DNA of 58,327 nt, filler included, from Diploschistes diacapsis (Eukaryota), in the NCBI GenBank assembly GCA_023645945.1. It is 5 parts of 5 records of this genome, joined end to end, with 100 filler letters (N's around TTAATTAATTAA, not from the genome) between each part and the next. Parts side by side here need not be neighbours in the genome. Positions count along the whole stretch, not along the records: positions 23,397 to 34,988 come from JALAIB010000819.1; positions 35,089 to 46,672 come from JALAIB010000820.1; 3 more parts are not named here. One strand, written 5' to 3'. Below are positions 25,448-36,434 of the stretch, piece after piece; position 1 is the stretch's first letter, and every line of letters starts with the position of its first letter. A program made the position numbers and the translations under genes. The notes under the pieces are model-generated. The model did no database searches. It was not told the DNA's origin and was given only the letters and a program-made list of their open reading frames with translations.

Positions 25448-26642
25448 TAGCCGAGAATGTACTTGGTCTATCAGACGAGCGTATTCTGTCTGCGCCTAAT
25501 CAGAATGTGAAAAATGAAAATGGTAATGCCTCTTCTTCACTGCCACTGAAGCTTCCTAGAGCACTCGACGACTTTAAATTGAAAGAAACCACCCAGCCAT
25601 GGGTTCGGAAGTTCCTAAACGTCGATATTGTTGACGACCTCCTGAACGCCGAGAAGGCCGATGAAAGGTTGCGTGACTTTGCCATTATAAATTTATATTA
25701 TCGCTGTTCAAGCTTAAATTTATCTTTTATCGTTTATTAGTTTTTTAACGCGGTGTCGTCTTTTTCCGCTCAAAATCCAAGCCGACCAACGAGCTGCAAA
25801 ACGCATTTTATTCAGCGCCTAGGGCAGCTCACCGATAAGCCATCAACCTCGACCCTACACGTTCAGCCTATTCTAAACAACACTTCAGAGTTTGGCGTCG
25901 CTGATGCTCAGATCAGCGTCCTTGACTCCGAAACTCGCAAGCAAATTCTCAAGCACGAGATCTCCACCAATAAAACGGGAAAACGCTACGACTCCGCGCT
26001 ACGGCACTCGGACATTCTGCTTCGAGCCCGTACCCGCAGACCATGTCTTTCTCCGTCTAACTAAACTTCCCTCCGCGGATGACAACACGCTCTGGGCTTC
26101 CGGCTACGAGCTTTAAAACCCTTCTCGCCAGTATCTTAAAAAGTTCCTCGAGGACCTGACCGCTATTTTTATACAAGACGGGTTTATTAAGGCGGCAGAT
26201 GCTAACCCAGAGAAGATCACAATTTACGAAAGATCTCGTCAAAGCCCGCAGAATGTCGGAACGGCGTTAAAAGCAATCCACCCTATTATCAAAACGAATC
26301 CAGTAACGGGATAAAAAAGTGTCTTTACGATTGGGCCGTTCCCTAGATCTATTCACGAACTGAATCAAAAAAACGCGAAAAGTTTTTAGCGAGGCTCAAA
26401 GAGATGGTAGAGCGGAACCATAACGTGCAGGTTAGGTTCAAATAAAGGAACGAGAACGATATTGGCGAGAATCTCTAGATTTTAAGACAAGGCCAGCGCG
26501 TTCCATTCAGCCACGTTCGACTATGAAGGGCTTGGAGAGCGCTTCGGGAGCCGCGCTGTCCGGCATCGGTGAGCCGCCATACCTGGATCCGAGTAGCGTG
26601 TCCAGGCCTGAAGCACTCCAACGGGGCAGCGCGGATGTAGTA
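25448..26642 (+). pseudogene. RIP-inactivated TauD/TfdA alpha-ketoglutarate-dependent (sulfonate) dioxygenase
   Basis: Fragments PLKL..ALDDF, LRDFAII, LHVQPILN, HSDI/FEPVPAD, NTLWASGYEL, HPIIKTNPVTG*KSVF, HNVQVRFK*, FHSATFDY, GEPPYLDP. Conserved Trp codons appear as TAA; frameshifts are present. Confidence 0.88.
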
Positions 26643-27410
26643 GAAGAGCAGCACAAGAACGGAGTCGATAAAGCGAGACAATCACGGCATGAGTGCCTTC
26701 AAGATCGGACAGGGAGGAAATACTGTGGAAAGCCGGCTGGGCCGCCTGACAAGGATTCGGAGGACGGTCTCGTTGAATTGCATTTATGTTCTGTTCGCTG
26801 TGTTTGGATATCAATTGAAGGCCAGTGTTTACAGTATATAAGGGGCGAGAATTGTTCACTCCACCAGCCTTGTATAATATCCAGACGCGCTCACATGTTC
26901 GCTGAAGCAGTTACACCTCATATTAAAAAAGGATCTCGAGTTCCATAAGCCAGGATCCATGTTTTTCGCATCGTTTCAGCTGTATATCGTTCCAATCCAT
27001 CGAGTAACGAATCGTTTCGGCTCTTCTCCGTGCGAGCCCTCCTTCGGTTTGCGAAGAATGGCCTTTTTCGAAATACAGTGGGCTGTTCATACCTTTTTCT
27101 GAACCCTTTGCATGATTATACCGAGTTGCGAAGCTTCAACTTGCAAGCCGTTTCTCCATATCGTTGCGAAGCTTGCCGAAAAGCCAAGCTCCTTCCACCG
27201 CTTTTTGCCCTCCGAAAAGCCTTTCAGGTTAAACACAACAAATCCGAGACGATTGAAACTCCAAAGCTCTTCAACGGCCATAAAGTGTCAAAAGCGGTAA
27301 TTGCCGTGCAAAAGTGTTATTGATATCGTCTGGTAGTTTTATTCCAATTTGAAGAGCATACGCAGCTCGAGCCGACACCCGTTGTATCTGCTCTTCATCT
27401 CCAGGGGCAT

Positions 27411-28608
27411 TCAACTGTTCTTGATCTTGGGCTTAACAACGATAAACATCGCCTCTAGCACAACGAAGGCCTGTGTTACCGAGCCGGTAAAAGCAACCAC
27501 AGAGCTATACTCAGTCGGCACATACGAATACAGCAGAGGCGCCATAAAGTAGGCAATCATGCTCCAAACGACAAATGTCCATGTCCACCATCGGGCCTGG
27601 TCATACTTTTCCCGGTCCAGTAGCAGACTGGCGAGAATAGGAATCAAGGCGACAAATTGCATAACACAGCTTTGCAGGAGAAACCAAAAGTCGGCGTCAG
27701 CTGTCCTGCCAGGTTCGTGGAGCGAATATTGCCAGCCTGTCACAGAGAAGGCAGTCGAGACAAAGGTCAGCACTAGTATGGATGCCAGGATGGTAGGATT
27801 CCATCGCTGGATCTAAGGCCGTTACCAAAGCGAAGCTGTGAGAGCTCAGATATAGATACTTACATTCCGTGGCAACATCTGAACCGGCTGAACATCGGCT
27901 TGGTCCGGATGGAGAGTCTCGGATTGGAAAGCTACCGTCTGTGCCTTTCTGGCGCGCCCGGAGTTCGGATTTGAAGTTGTTGATCTTGACCTCACTAATA
28001 CCGGCCTGCAACCCTTGTTTACTGAGGATCTCCCTCAAGGCTAATCTAGTGGATGTGAGTGGCTAGTCTCGTTTCTCCAGCGCTGGTTATGCTCTTACAT
28101 GCTGTCTTCCAATTCCAAGGCAAACCTCTCTCTCTCTCTCCCATATAGTGCAGCCTGGGAAGATGGTCAAGGGTCTCATCGGCAATCTGGAATCTTTCTA
28201 TCAGGGCGTTTAGTGCTTCCTCGCCCCCCAATTTGGCTATCGCCCGAGAAGCCGGCACAGCGCTTTTCCAGGCCCGCGTTCCTACGCTTTCGATCTCAGA
28301 TACCCAACACGCCCATTCATGGGTACGCGTGTCACGCGTGTCACAATCATGCTTGATTATTTCGTGAGAAACGGAAATCCAGCGCATTCTTATTGTAGGA
28401 AGGATCGAGATATTATTGAACTATACACTCAATATCGTATTTTGAAGACATGTACTTCATCCTTCAGTGACCGTACCCTCTCAAGATCGGCATCAGTCAC
28501 GCTTGCCTTCTTAGCCATGCCAAGAAAAAGCTCATCCATATCGTCCAGCTTATTGATAAAGACCTGCACGTGTCTCCGGGCCTCATCCGTGATCGCGATT
28601 GCGTCCAT
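27411..28608 (-). CDS. hypothetical multi-exon protein: soluble N-terminal region plus C-terminal bundle of about 4 TM helices
   Basis: Consecutive minus-strand ORF pieces with GT-AG borders, from MDAIAITDEARRHVQVF to DADFWFLLQSCVMQ...AFTGSVTQAFVVL. Confidence 0.55.
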
Positions 28609-28869
28609 TTGGGCTCCGATAGCCTCAGGTCCAAAGCCGGTAGCGGTAGTACGCCGGACAATATTCTACCAACCTCGTGACCGGGGACAGTCTGGAACGG
28701 GATGTTTTATATATAGACTGTATATACTTCAAGTCGCCTCGCTCAGAAGTTTTTCTGTATCATTGGGAACACTCGGGGTCGGGAAGGGCAAAAAAGCTCA
28801 ATAAATACACATTACGTCCCAAGAAGGGTAGGCAAAAATTTCTTTCAAAAAATGTTCTCACTACTGACG

Positions 28870-28971
28870 TTGTGGCTGAGTAAATGGAATGAGGCGGGGA
28901 GTGGCGGTGTTTTATACCATTGTGGCTGAGTAATGGGGATGAGGCGGGGGGAGTGGCAGTGTTTTATACCA
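28870..28971. repeat. imperfect tandem duplication of an about 50-bp unit
   Basis: TTGTGGCTGAGTAA...GAGGCGGGG...GTGTTTTATACCA occurs twice. Confidence 0.85.
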
Positions 28972-29464
28972 CGCTGGTGTCAATGGTCCCGTTGATGTTG
29001 ACTTCCCCATACGTTGGGTCATTCTGCTTTCGCAACTTTCTATATATGGCGTTGGGTCGGACCGGGCCAAATCCGCCGTCAACCAGACCGTAGCCCTTGG
29101 TAGCCACGATAACGCTAGCACGAAAGACATTCGAGTCGCTAGGGTAGGTGTCTCGCGGGATAACGAGTGATGCCACAATAAGCAGCCATCTGGGCATAAC
29201 TGTAAATTGAAATGGTGCACAGGCCATGCTGCTGCTGGGGCAACTCCATACAGATAGCCAAGACTTCGAGGATCATGTCGTTATTCGTCATTCGTCATTC
29301 ATTCGTCATTCATTCGTAAACAGGAAAGCAATCTGCCACGCCCCATTCCATACCCAAAGAAAAGACCGGATTCTCGCGTTCAAAACGCCCAGCATATCCC
29401 CCGGCCCCGTCAAGCCACGAGCGTCAAATATGGTGCAGACAAAAGAGACGAACCCCCAGCCGCC

Positions 29465-30361
29465 TCATTTCCTGCCCGCCACGACCAACAGCTCGACATA
29501 CAGGCCCCTCCCGTCGTCGTACTCCTCCCTGACGATGCGCTCCATCGCCGCCCTGACGGGCTCGAGGCGGCCGCCGTGCCTCATCCAATCGTTGAGCAGG
29601 CCCTCGGTGGAGGGGTTCCGGCCCTCGAACCACCAGCGCATGACGGCGGCCGTCTCCCTGACGGCACACGGCACGCGCACCGTGTCCGCCAGCAGGTCGC
29701 GGAAGCCGGCGCGGTGCAGCGCGGCGCGGATCTCGGCGAGGCTGTACCAGGCGTCGTCGTCGTGCAGCTTGGGCACGCGGTAGCCGGCGTCCAGCGCGCG
29801 GCACGCGGCGCGCCACGCCTCGAAGTGGTCCAGCCGCGCGCCCCAGCACGCCAGCCCCAGCACGCCGCCGGGCCGCAGCGCGCCCCGCCACTCCGCCACC
29901 AGCGCGTCCGGCCCCGGCAGGAACTGCACCATGAACGCGCTGAGCACGTGGCTGTAGCCTTGCGCCGGCAGCGCCCCCAGCGCGCTGGCGTCCGCCACCA
30001 CCGGCCTGATGCTCGGGAACCGCTCCGTGTCGATGGCGCTCAGCATGCCCGGCGAGATGTCCGACGCCGTGATGGCCAGCGAGGGGTGCCGCTTCGCGAG
30101 CTCGATGGCGAGGACGCCGGTGCCTGTGCCGACGTCTAGGACGCTGCTGCTAGTGTTGTTGTTGTTGTTGGTGGTGGTGTCGTCGCTGCTGTTATTGTTG
30201 TTGTCGGGCGCTGTTGGTGGCGAGAAGGGGTGGAGGGAGTTGGCAAGGTCTATGAGCCGGCAGCAGGCGGGGCGGGTCATCACGGCAATGGAGCGCTCGT
30301 AGCTTGAGGCGTATTCCGTCCATTGGGACTCACCGTATTCATCGCGCGGTTTCTTGGCCAT
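29465..30361 (-). CDS. class I SAM-dependent methyltransferase, intronless
   Basis: VLDVGTGTG motif I, ASDISPGML, VADASAL, LRPGGVL. Likely start MAKKPRD at 30361. Confidence 0.9.
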   Translation of the reverse strand: MAKKPRDEYGESQWTEYASSYERSIAVMTRPACCRLIDLANSLHPFSPPTAPDNNNNSSDDTTTNNNNNTSSSVLDVGTGTGVLAIELAKRHPSLAITASDISPGMLSAIDTERFPSIRPVVADASALGALPAQGYSHVLSAFMVQFLPGPDALVAEWRGALRPGGVLGLACWGARLDHFEAWRAACRALDAGYRVPKLHDDDAWYSLAEIRAALHRAGFRDLLADTVRVPCAVRETAAVMRWWFEGRNPSTEGLLNDWMRHGGRLEPVRAAMERIVREEYDDGRGLYVELLVVAGRK

Positions 30362-30632
30362 TCTGCTTATGAGGTTTCCGTGGTCGTTGGCCTTTTTGCT
30401 GGGTTTCGCTGTTTCTGTTGAAGTATGTGGTGGTGGGTGGCTTGAGCGGGCGTCGTTGAGGAGTAATAAGAACAGGTTCAAGATAAAGCGTGAATGGGCT
30501 AAAAGCAAATTGACGTCAGCTGGGAGTGGACCGTATTTTCTCCACGGTCTTATGTACATTCGAGTGCAAAGGGTCTTGGAAGAGTGGTTAATGATGTGTT
30601 TAAATCTAGCCTCGCCCCTGCGAGTCCGTTTA

Positions 30633-32114
30633 TCAAGACGTCTCTGACATTCTATTGCCTTGTTGCGTCTCGTATGTCTTCGTCACCACAATACCATCAC
30701 TCGGCAGGCGCTCTAATTCCACGTCCGAAACCGCAGCACCATAAGCTCTCGTACTGGGCACGATATTGGATTCAGAAGCTTGTGAATCCATCCGCTCTGC
30801 ATGGCGCCGCGGGGATCTGTTCGGGGATAATGATCCCAGGGAAATAATATCCCGCACGCTATTCACAATGCTCTGGACCCCCTCGCCCTTCAGCACCTTC
30901 CACAAAACCGGCAAGCAACAGGCTAAAAGCCCGAAGCTAGTCTCCAGCATGCTGTAGTATATGCCAGCAGTTGTCAAGGCTGCGGGATCGGTTAGAGAGT
31001 TTTGTGTCAGACGGTTATGTGGATCGTGCATCACTTACAGTCAATGTCGGCTGCTCCACCATACAGGACTGCAGCACAGTTAGAGCTACTGTGAGTCCGG
31101 TTTGGCATGCGATATTTACCGGAGTCGCCCCCTACGTAGTCCACCAGCCGCAGGACTGAAAAAATAAGTGTTCTGAATGCCGTCAAGATAATCTCGAGTG
31201 TTCTCGCGCGGGATGCTCACAATAACCCAAGGAGAAAGACACCCGTGACGGCAGCCTTCTTGCCTGGCGTCATTTGAAGTGCCCACACCTGGTGTTCCCA
31301 AGTCAGCCATTTCGATCTCAAATGCTGGCCAGCGTGAAGGACTTGCTCTTGCGATCGGCATCACGAGAATGATGAAATCGGCAATCACATCTGAAGAAGC
31401 GAAAGCGGTATTCAACATGGTCGTCTGCACACAGTGCTCTTTCTCATAAGTCTGGTTCCTGCCGTAGTATGCATAGAAGTCCGTTCCACAGACGAAGAGG
31501 TAAGCAAAGAAGAAGCCAATGCACCAGACAAGCATGATTAGAATCATGCTTAGGTTCAAAAGCCCCATCACTCCGTTCTTGGTTGTCAGCGTCACAAAGA
31601 CCCGTCGGTAAAAGAAGAGAAAGCTAAGCTTAACGAGGCCGAGTTCGAGGATTTGCATCAGATTAGTAGCGAAGAAGACCTTGTTGTGGTAAGTCGCTGA
31701 TACGTGACAGCTTGATCAATGTGCTAACTTCTCTTGTGGTTCTTTCTTGGTAGCTGCTCCCGTCGTCCGTCGCTGGGGGCGTTGGGTACGCAAGAGACTT
31801 CAAGACGACACCTATATGGAGGATCACCAGGAGACGGCTGTTACCATTCGCATGCTTCTCACCTGCAATTATTGACGCTCCCATGCCGATGTTCAAGACC
31901 TGGATGAGATTCCGGGGTCAGTGATGCCCGTTGCGGCGATGCACTGCGACTTGCTCACCAGCGCTGGAAGCGTACACCAATCATCGGCACCCAGATACAT
32001 GCCATACTTACGTCGCGTGTAGAAGCGTGCTACTACAACCATTGTACATAACACAGGTAGTATGGCGCCCGCGGCTATGACAGCTCCAGGTGGTGGTGAG
32101 ACTGCAAGAACCAT
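30633..32114 (-). CDS. PTH11-like (fungal rhodopsin-domain) integral membrane receptor, multi-exon
   Basis: ARFYTRR...GADDW, LVKLSFLFFYRRVF, SDVIADFIILVMPI, YYSMLETSFGLLACCLP. Confidence 0.88.
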
Positions 32115-32644
32115 TGTTGCGATGCGAAAGGCAAAAGAAGAGAGAGATTTACGAAAGCGGTCCTCAAAGGCTCGAGTGCAACAAGAGCAGCGCCAGAAAG
32201 CACCGTCAATCGTTTCATTATTGAACAGTTACCTGAGGATAACCTGTACGGGGGCAAGACCGTTGCTGCATGGAAAGTAGCTTGATCGCCTGAAAGAGTA
32301 CGACAGAGCGGCAGACATGATGTCAGGGGACGGAAGTAGAAGGAAGAAGCCGAATGGATGACTGGAAATCTGCCAGGCTCAGGGACAATGTCGTTCTCTG
32401 ATAGGCAGCATGGCTTTTCGAAAGTTCTTTTGGGATGCCACACCTGGAATAATATGCTCTATGCGGGCAATAGGCTCGTTCCCCGCTTTGACGCATGGAG
32501 ATCACAGCGGAATGGAGACTGGTGGCAAGTGCTGCTGTCAACTGTTTGGATTAGAAAGATCATGGGTAATGGTAGTAGTAGAAAGTTTAATCCATCTTTT
32601 GAACAGGTTGATATACCACACGTATATCGTATATCGTAATCATA

Positions 32645-32751
32645 CAGTCAGGTGCCAAAAGTAGTTAGGTACACCATAAGCGGCAGTAAAGAGACAAGTC
32701 AACTCTTTACTGCCGCTTATGGTGTACCTAACTACTTTTGGCCTAGTACTG
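32645..32751. mobile_element. foldback MITE copy 2
   Basis: TA-flanked, near-identical to 9556-9661. Confidence 0.92.
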
Positions 32752-33079
32752 TATATGTCACAATCATATATCGCTTAAAAGTTAAGCGGCGTGGACATAG
32801 CATGACATGACATGACATGACATAACGTGACATGACGTGGCAAATGATCAGTTCCAGCAGGTTGATTCCCCGCTTTCCAATATTTCTCCAGCCCAGTCTA
32901 TATGACGTAAGTGGCACAGAGCGTGGATCGATATACTTTTTGCCTTTTGTGAAGGTTCAAGTCCACATGGAAGGCAAATAGTATGACCAGAGCCTCTGCA
33001 ACAGATGGGCCCACATGTATGTATACTGTGGAAGCGAAGCGGGGAAGTTAGAGAGGTTCAGCAGCCTTGTATATACATA

Positions 33080-33185
33080 CAGTATTAGGCCAAAAGTAGT
33101 TAGGTACACCATAAGCGGCAGTAAAGAAACAGTCAACTCTTTACTGCCGCTTATGGTGTACCTAACTACTTTTGGCACCTGACTG
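33080..33185. mobile_element. foldback MITE copy 3 (end types swapped relative to copies 1 and 2)
   Basis: TA-flanked; starts CAGTATTAGGCC and ends GGCACCTGACTG. Confidence 0.92.
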
Positions 33186-33198
33186 TAACTAAGGCATT

Positions 33199-34988
33199 TA
33201 CAGGGGTGCTGAACCCCTGTGTTGATCTACGCACATCATATTGTGGTTTCACTACGGAGTTAAGCCCTAAGTCCGAAAAGACTTGGCAGAATACCTTTTA
33301 TTTATAAATCTGTAACTAAACAATTTAAAGACACCATACAATCGAATCACATATAATAATAACGAAAAGATAATTTATCTAAAAAGTTCTAGCCTCGGCT
33401 AGACTCTAAAGATCAAATTTTGAAAAAGATAAATCTTCTTTCGATCGAAACGATTCGATTCGCTTATACTATTCGAATTATTAAGATTTAAAACATAGAT
33501 CGCGTGATAAAAATCTCTTCACCACATTTTCTTACCGCTTAACCTCTCAAAAAAACCCCCACAAACTATTATAAAAATTATCGTTTTCGTCTATTAAGAA
33601 GCCAAAAAAACCTTTAAAATATACGTTATTCTCTTTCGAGTTCTTTAAAAATCTAACATTATCGATCAAACACTATTATAACCGAAAAAAACCAACCGAC
33701 CCTATTAAAAAAGAACAGAATCCCGATAATCAATCTAATATATTATAAACGCCGATAATACTAAAAAATTAACGTCTATATCTTCAAAATATAGATACTC
33801 GACAAAAAGAATAACAAATATTATTACAATAATAAACCGAAACCAATCAACTATTAATAAAACGTGTTGAGCAGACAGGCAGAAGGCATGGCTGGGAGTC
33901 TAACTAAGTTCTAGAGGGAGGTTCAGTTCAGCTAAACCTTCTGGAATCCCAACTAGACCGATTTAGAAATAATATAAATAATAAAACTTAACGTATCCCA
34001 TAAAGATAAAAATCTATAAAATAAAATAATCTCTTAAATAAACCTCTAAACTTTAATACATCCATTACGTTACTAAATAGGTTATAAGCCCGGGTTAGCA
34101 CCTGCTTTATTACGTTTAATCGTTTATTAAAACTACGTCTCCCGGCAATTATTACGATTACGAACGCGGGCACCGATTACGCTACCTAACGTAAATTAAA
34201 TCGAAAAGATCCAAAAACTTAAAATCTAAATCATAAAACCCTAAAATAAACTAATTTAAAGATAGAAGTTATATTACTTTAAAAGAACGCGAGACTTTAA
34301 TACGCTGACCTAAAATAGACCTAAATAACAAATAATTAGATCCAGATAACATCTATATAAATCAACGAAAAACAATCTTCTTCTCTTTCTCGCTAATATC
34401 GAAGTTTAATTAAACCACGTTAAACCTTTCGATTACCTTTATTTCTATTATAGAAAATCATTTTCTATATTATTTATTAATTACTTATTAACTACGAATT
34501 ATTCATTTAATAAATCTTCTTTATTTACGAAAAATAACAATAAAATAAACGATATCTTATCCAAAAAACGGCTTACTCCTATTTTAAAAAAAAAAATCAA
34601 CAGTAATAATTCGAACTCATACGTATATATCTTAAAAGTAAAGAGGTGGATTACGTTTTTAATAATCAGCCATTATCGCCTAACGTGTTTCACGGGGATT
34701 CCGGCTACCCCCAGATTCCGGCCACCTTAAATCACTATTTTCATCTTACATTAAATCTTTCTTAATAATGATTACCTCGCATGATAATAATTCGATTTTA
34801 ATAAAATTTAATATCAAAGACTGTTTATAGGCCTTAAAATTATAATTGAGACAGATCAGCCCAGGCGTGCCAAGCCACCAGGGTCACATGACGGGTACCA
34901 ACCGTGCCAAGGATGTTAGGGGGTGGCTGTGTAGGCGAGTAGGACCCGAACCCTGTAGGGCTGGCACCCACACACTATTTATTCCTGC
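33199..34988. mobile_element. RIP-degraded TE nest: possible pogo/Tigger DDE relic, Copia LTR 5' fragment (33865-33960), Fot1-like end near 34690, possible LTR start near 34847
   Basis: Extreme TpA enrichment. NADNTKKL near 33750 resembles NAxGxEKL. TGTTGAGCAGACAGG... is a less mutated version of the LTR start at 12144. ATTCCGGCYACC is repeated at 34698-34725. Confidence 0.55.
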
Positions 34989-35088
34989 NNNNNNNNNNNN
35001 NNNNNNNNNNNNNNNNNNNNNNNNNNNNNNNNTTAATTAATTAANNNNNNNNNNNNNNNNNNNNNNNNNNNNNNNNNNNNNNNNNNNN
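34989..35088. other. artificial contig spacer
   Basis: N44-TTAATTAATTAA-N44. Confidence 0.97.
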
Positions 35089-35696
35089 GCAGACGGGCGC
35101 GTTGTGTAATATTTCTTCGACGAATATTATATAAATAAACGAATAGCCACCGCCGAAGCATATTATCGACTTTTACGCGATATTATATTTTAAATTTACG
35201 AGCCTGGATAAGCTTTTTTATAAAATAATGCCTTTATATATATAATTAATAATATTAAAGTACTTTTAGAAGAATTAGGCGTTTAAACGTTCGATTATTT
35301 CCTTTATAACCCGGATCTGAACCTTATCGAGCATCTATAATCTACGCTTAAAGAGAAAGTTTTAAAGTTTTATCTAAAGCTTAAAACTATACGCGGAAGT
35401 AAAAAAAAGAAGATAAAAACTTTAAAAGTAGTAATTCGAAACGTTTTTAAAATGTTTTTGAAGGATAGGGAGTGGGATTTACTTATTAGATTAGTGCATT
35501 TTATACCGAAGCGAATAGAGGCTTATATCGACGCGCAAGGATGGTAAATTAAATATTAATATAATTTATTATTTAAGAACTTTAAAATGATTTATTTTGC
35601 GTATTCATTGAAGCTTTATTAAGTGCGCAATGGCTCAATAAAGTTGATAGGTGGTATTTGTTTATTTGATACCTAACTACTTTTGGCACGTGACTG
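35089..35696 (+). mobile_element. RIP-mutated Tc1 (DD34E) transposase 3' half plus right TIR (35670-35696)
   Basis: FL*NNAFIY (= FxQDNAPIH) at 35215-35241 and LYNPDLNLIEHL* (= PYSPDLNPIEHLW) at 35302-35340, in the same frame with 34 codons between D and E. C-terminus PKRIEAYIDAQGW..KY*. Confidence 0.9.
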
Positions 35697-36434
35697 TAGG
35701 TTCGGCTTTTGAGAAGTAGTACATGTTAGACGGTGGACTCGTAGGGCACTGGGCTGGTGATAGCACAATAAAATCATAAATGCACACAATCCGCTTACGA
35801 TCCTCGCGCATCTTGCACTTGTGCTTAATCTTATGAATAGAACTGTATGATATCCCTATAAAGGTCGTTTTCCAATTGTTTTAATGTTCAGTATTCTTCT
35901 CATCGTAATGTATTGAATGGGATCAAATCGAAAGAAGGTGCGAATAAAAATCTTCTGCCTGAGGGTTTCGACACCTAAATAATCATCCAATCAGATCATT
36001 TGCTGATATAAGCAGTACTAGCTTATTATTTGAAATTTACGGTTTCAATGATTGCCTTTCACAACATCTCTTCTTTCTCGTCAAAACAAATGAGTACCTT
36101 GGATTTTTCACCTTACCCTACCAATACTATAAAGTCCTATAGTAGATTCACGGAGCTGTCGGAAGATATGGAAAAAGGAGTAAGTTAATTTTACTTTTGG
36201 TTTTAATGTTTTATATTTACAGGGTTTGCCCTATGGCCATTCTTATTATTCAAATATCCCCACATATTGAGTTTATTATCAGGCCTATGTCAATCTGAAG
36301 CACCCTTAAATCCGTGATCACGTGACTTATCCGAACACAGGACAAACCTGGTGGAAATTCTTTCAACCTCGTACAAAGGTTAGAGTCTCGATACCTCTAA
36401 ACTTTGCACTCTTAATCATATCTATCTAATCGTC

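Noticed and set aside
29465..30361. Arsenite methyltransferase (ArsM) completing the arsenic system
   Set aside because: Different contig and no recognisable ArsM-type Cys motifs; generic class I methyltransferase.
29465..32114. Secondary-metabolite cluster (methyltransferase, PTH11-like gene, TauD)
   Set aside because: No backbone synthase on the contig and TauD is dead; not supportable.
32957..33178. 73-aa ORF with mirrored sequence
   Set aside because: Reads through MITE copy 3; spurious.
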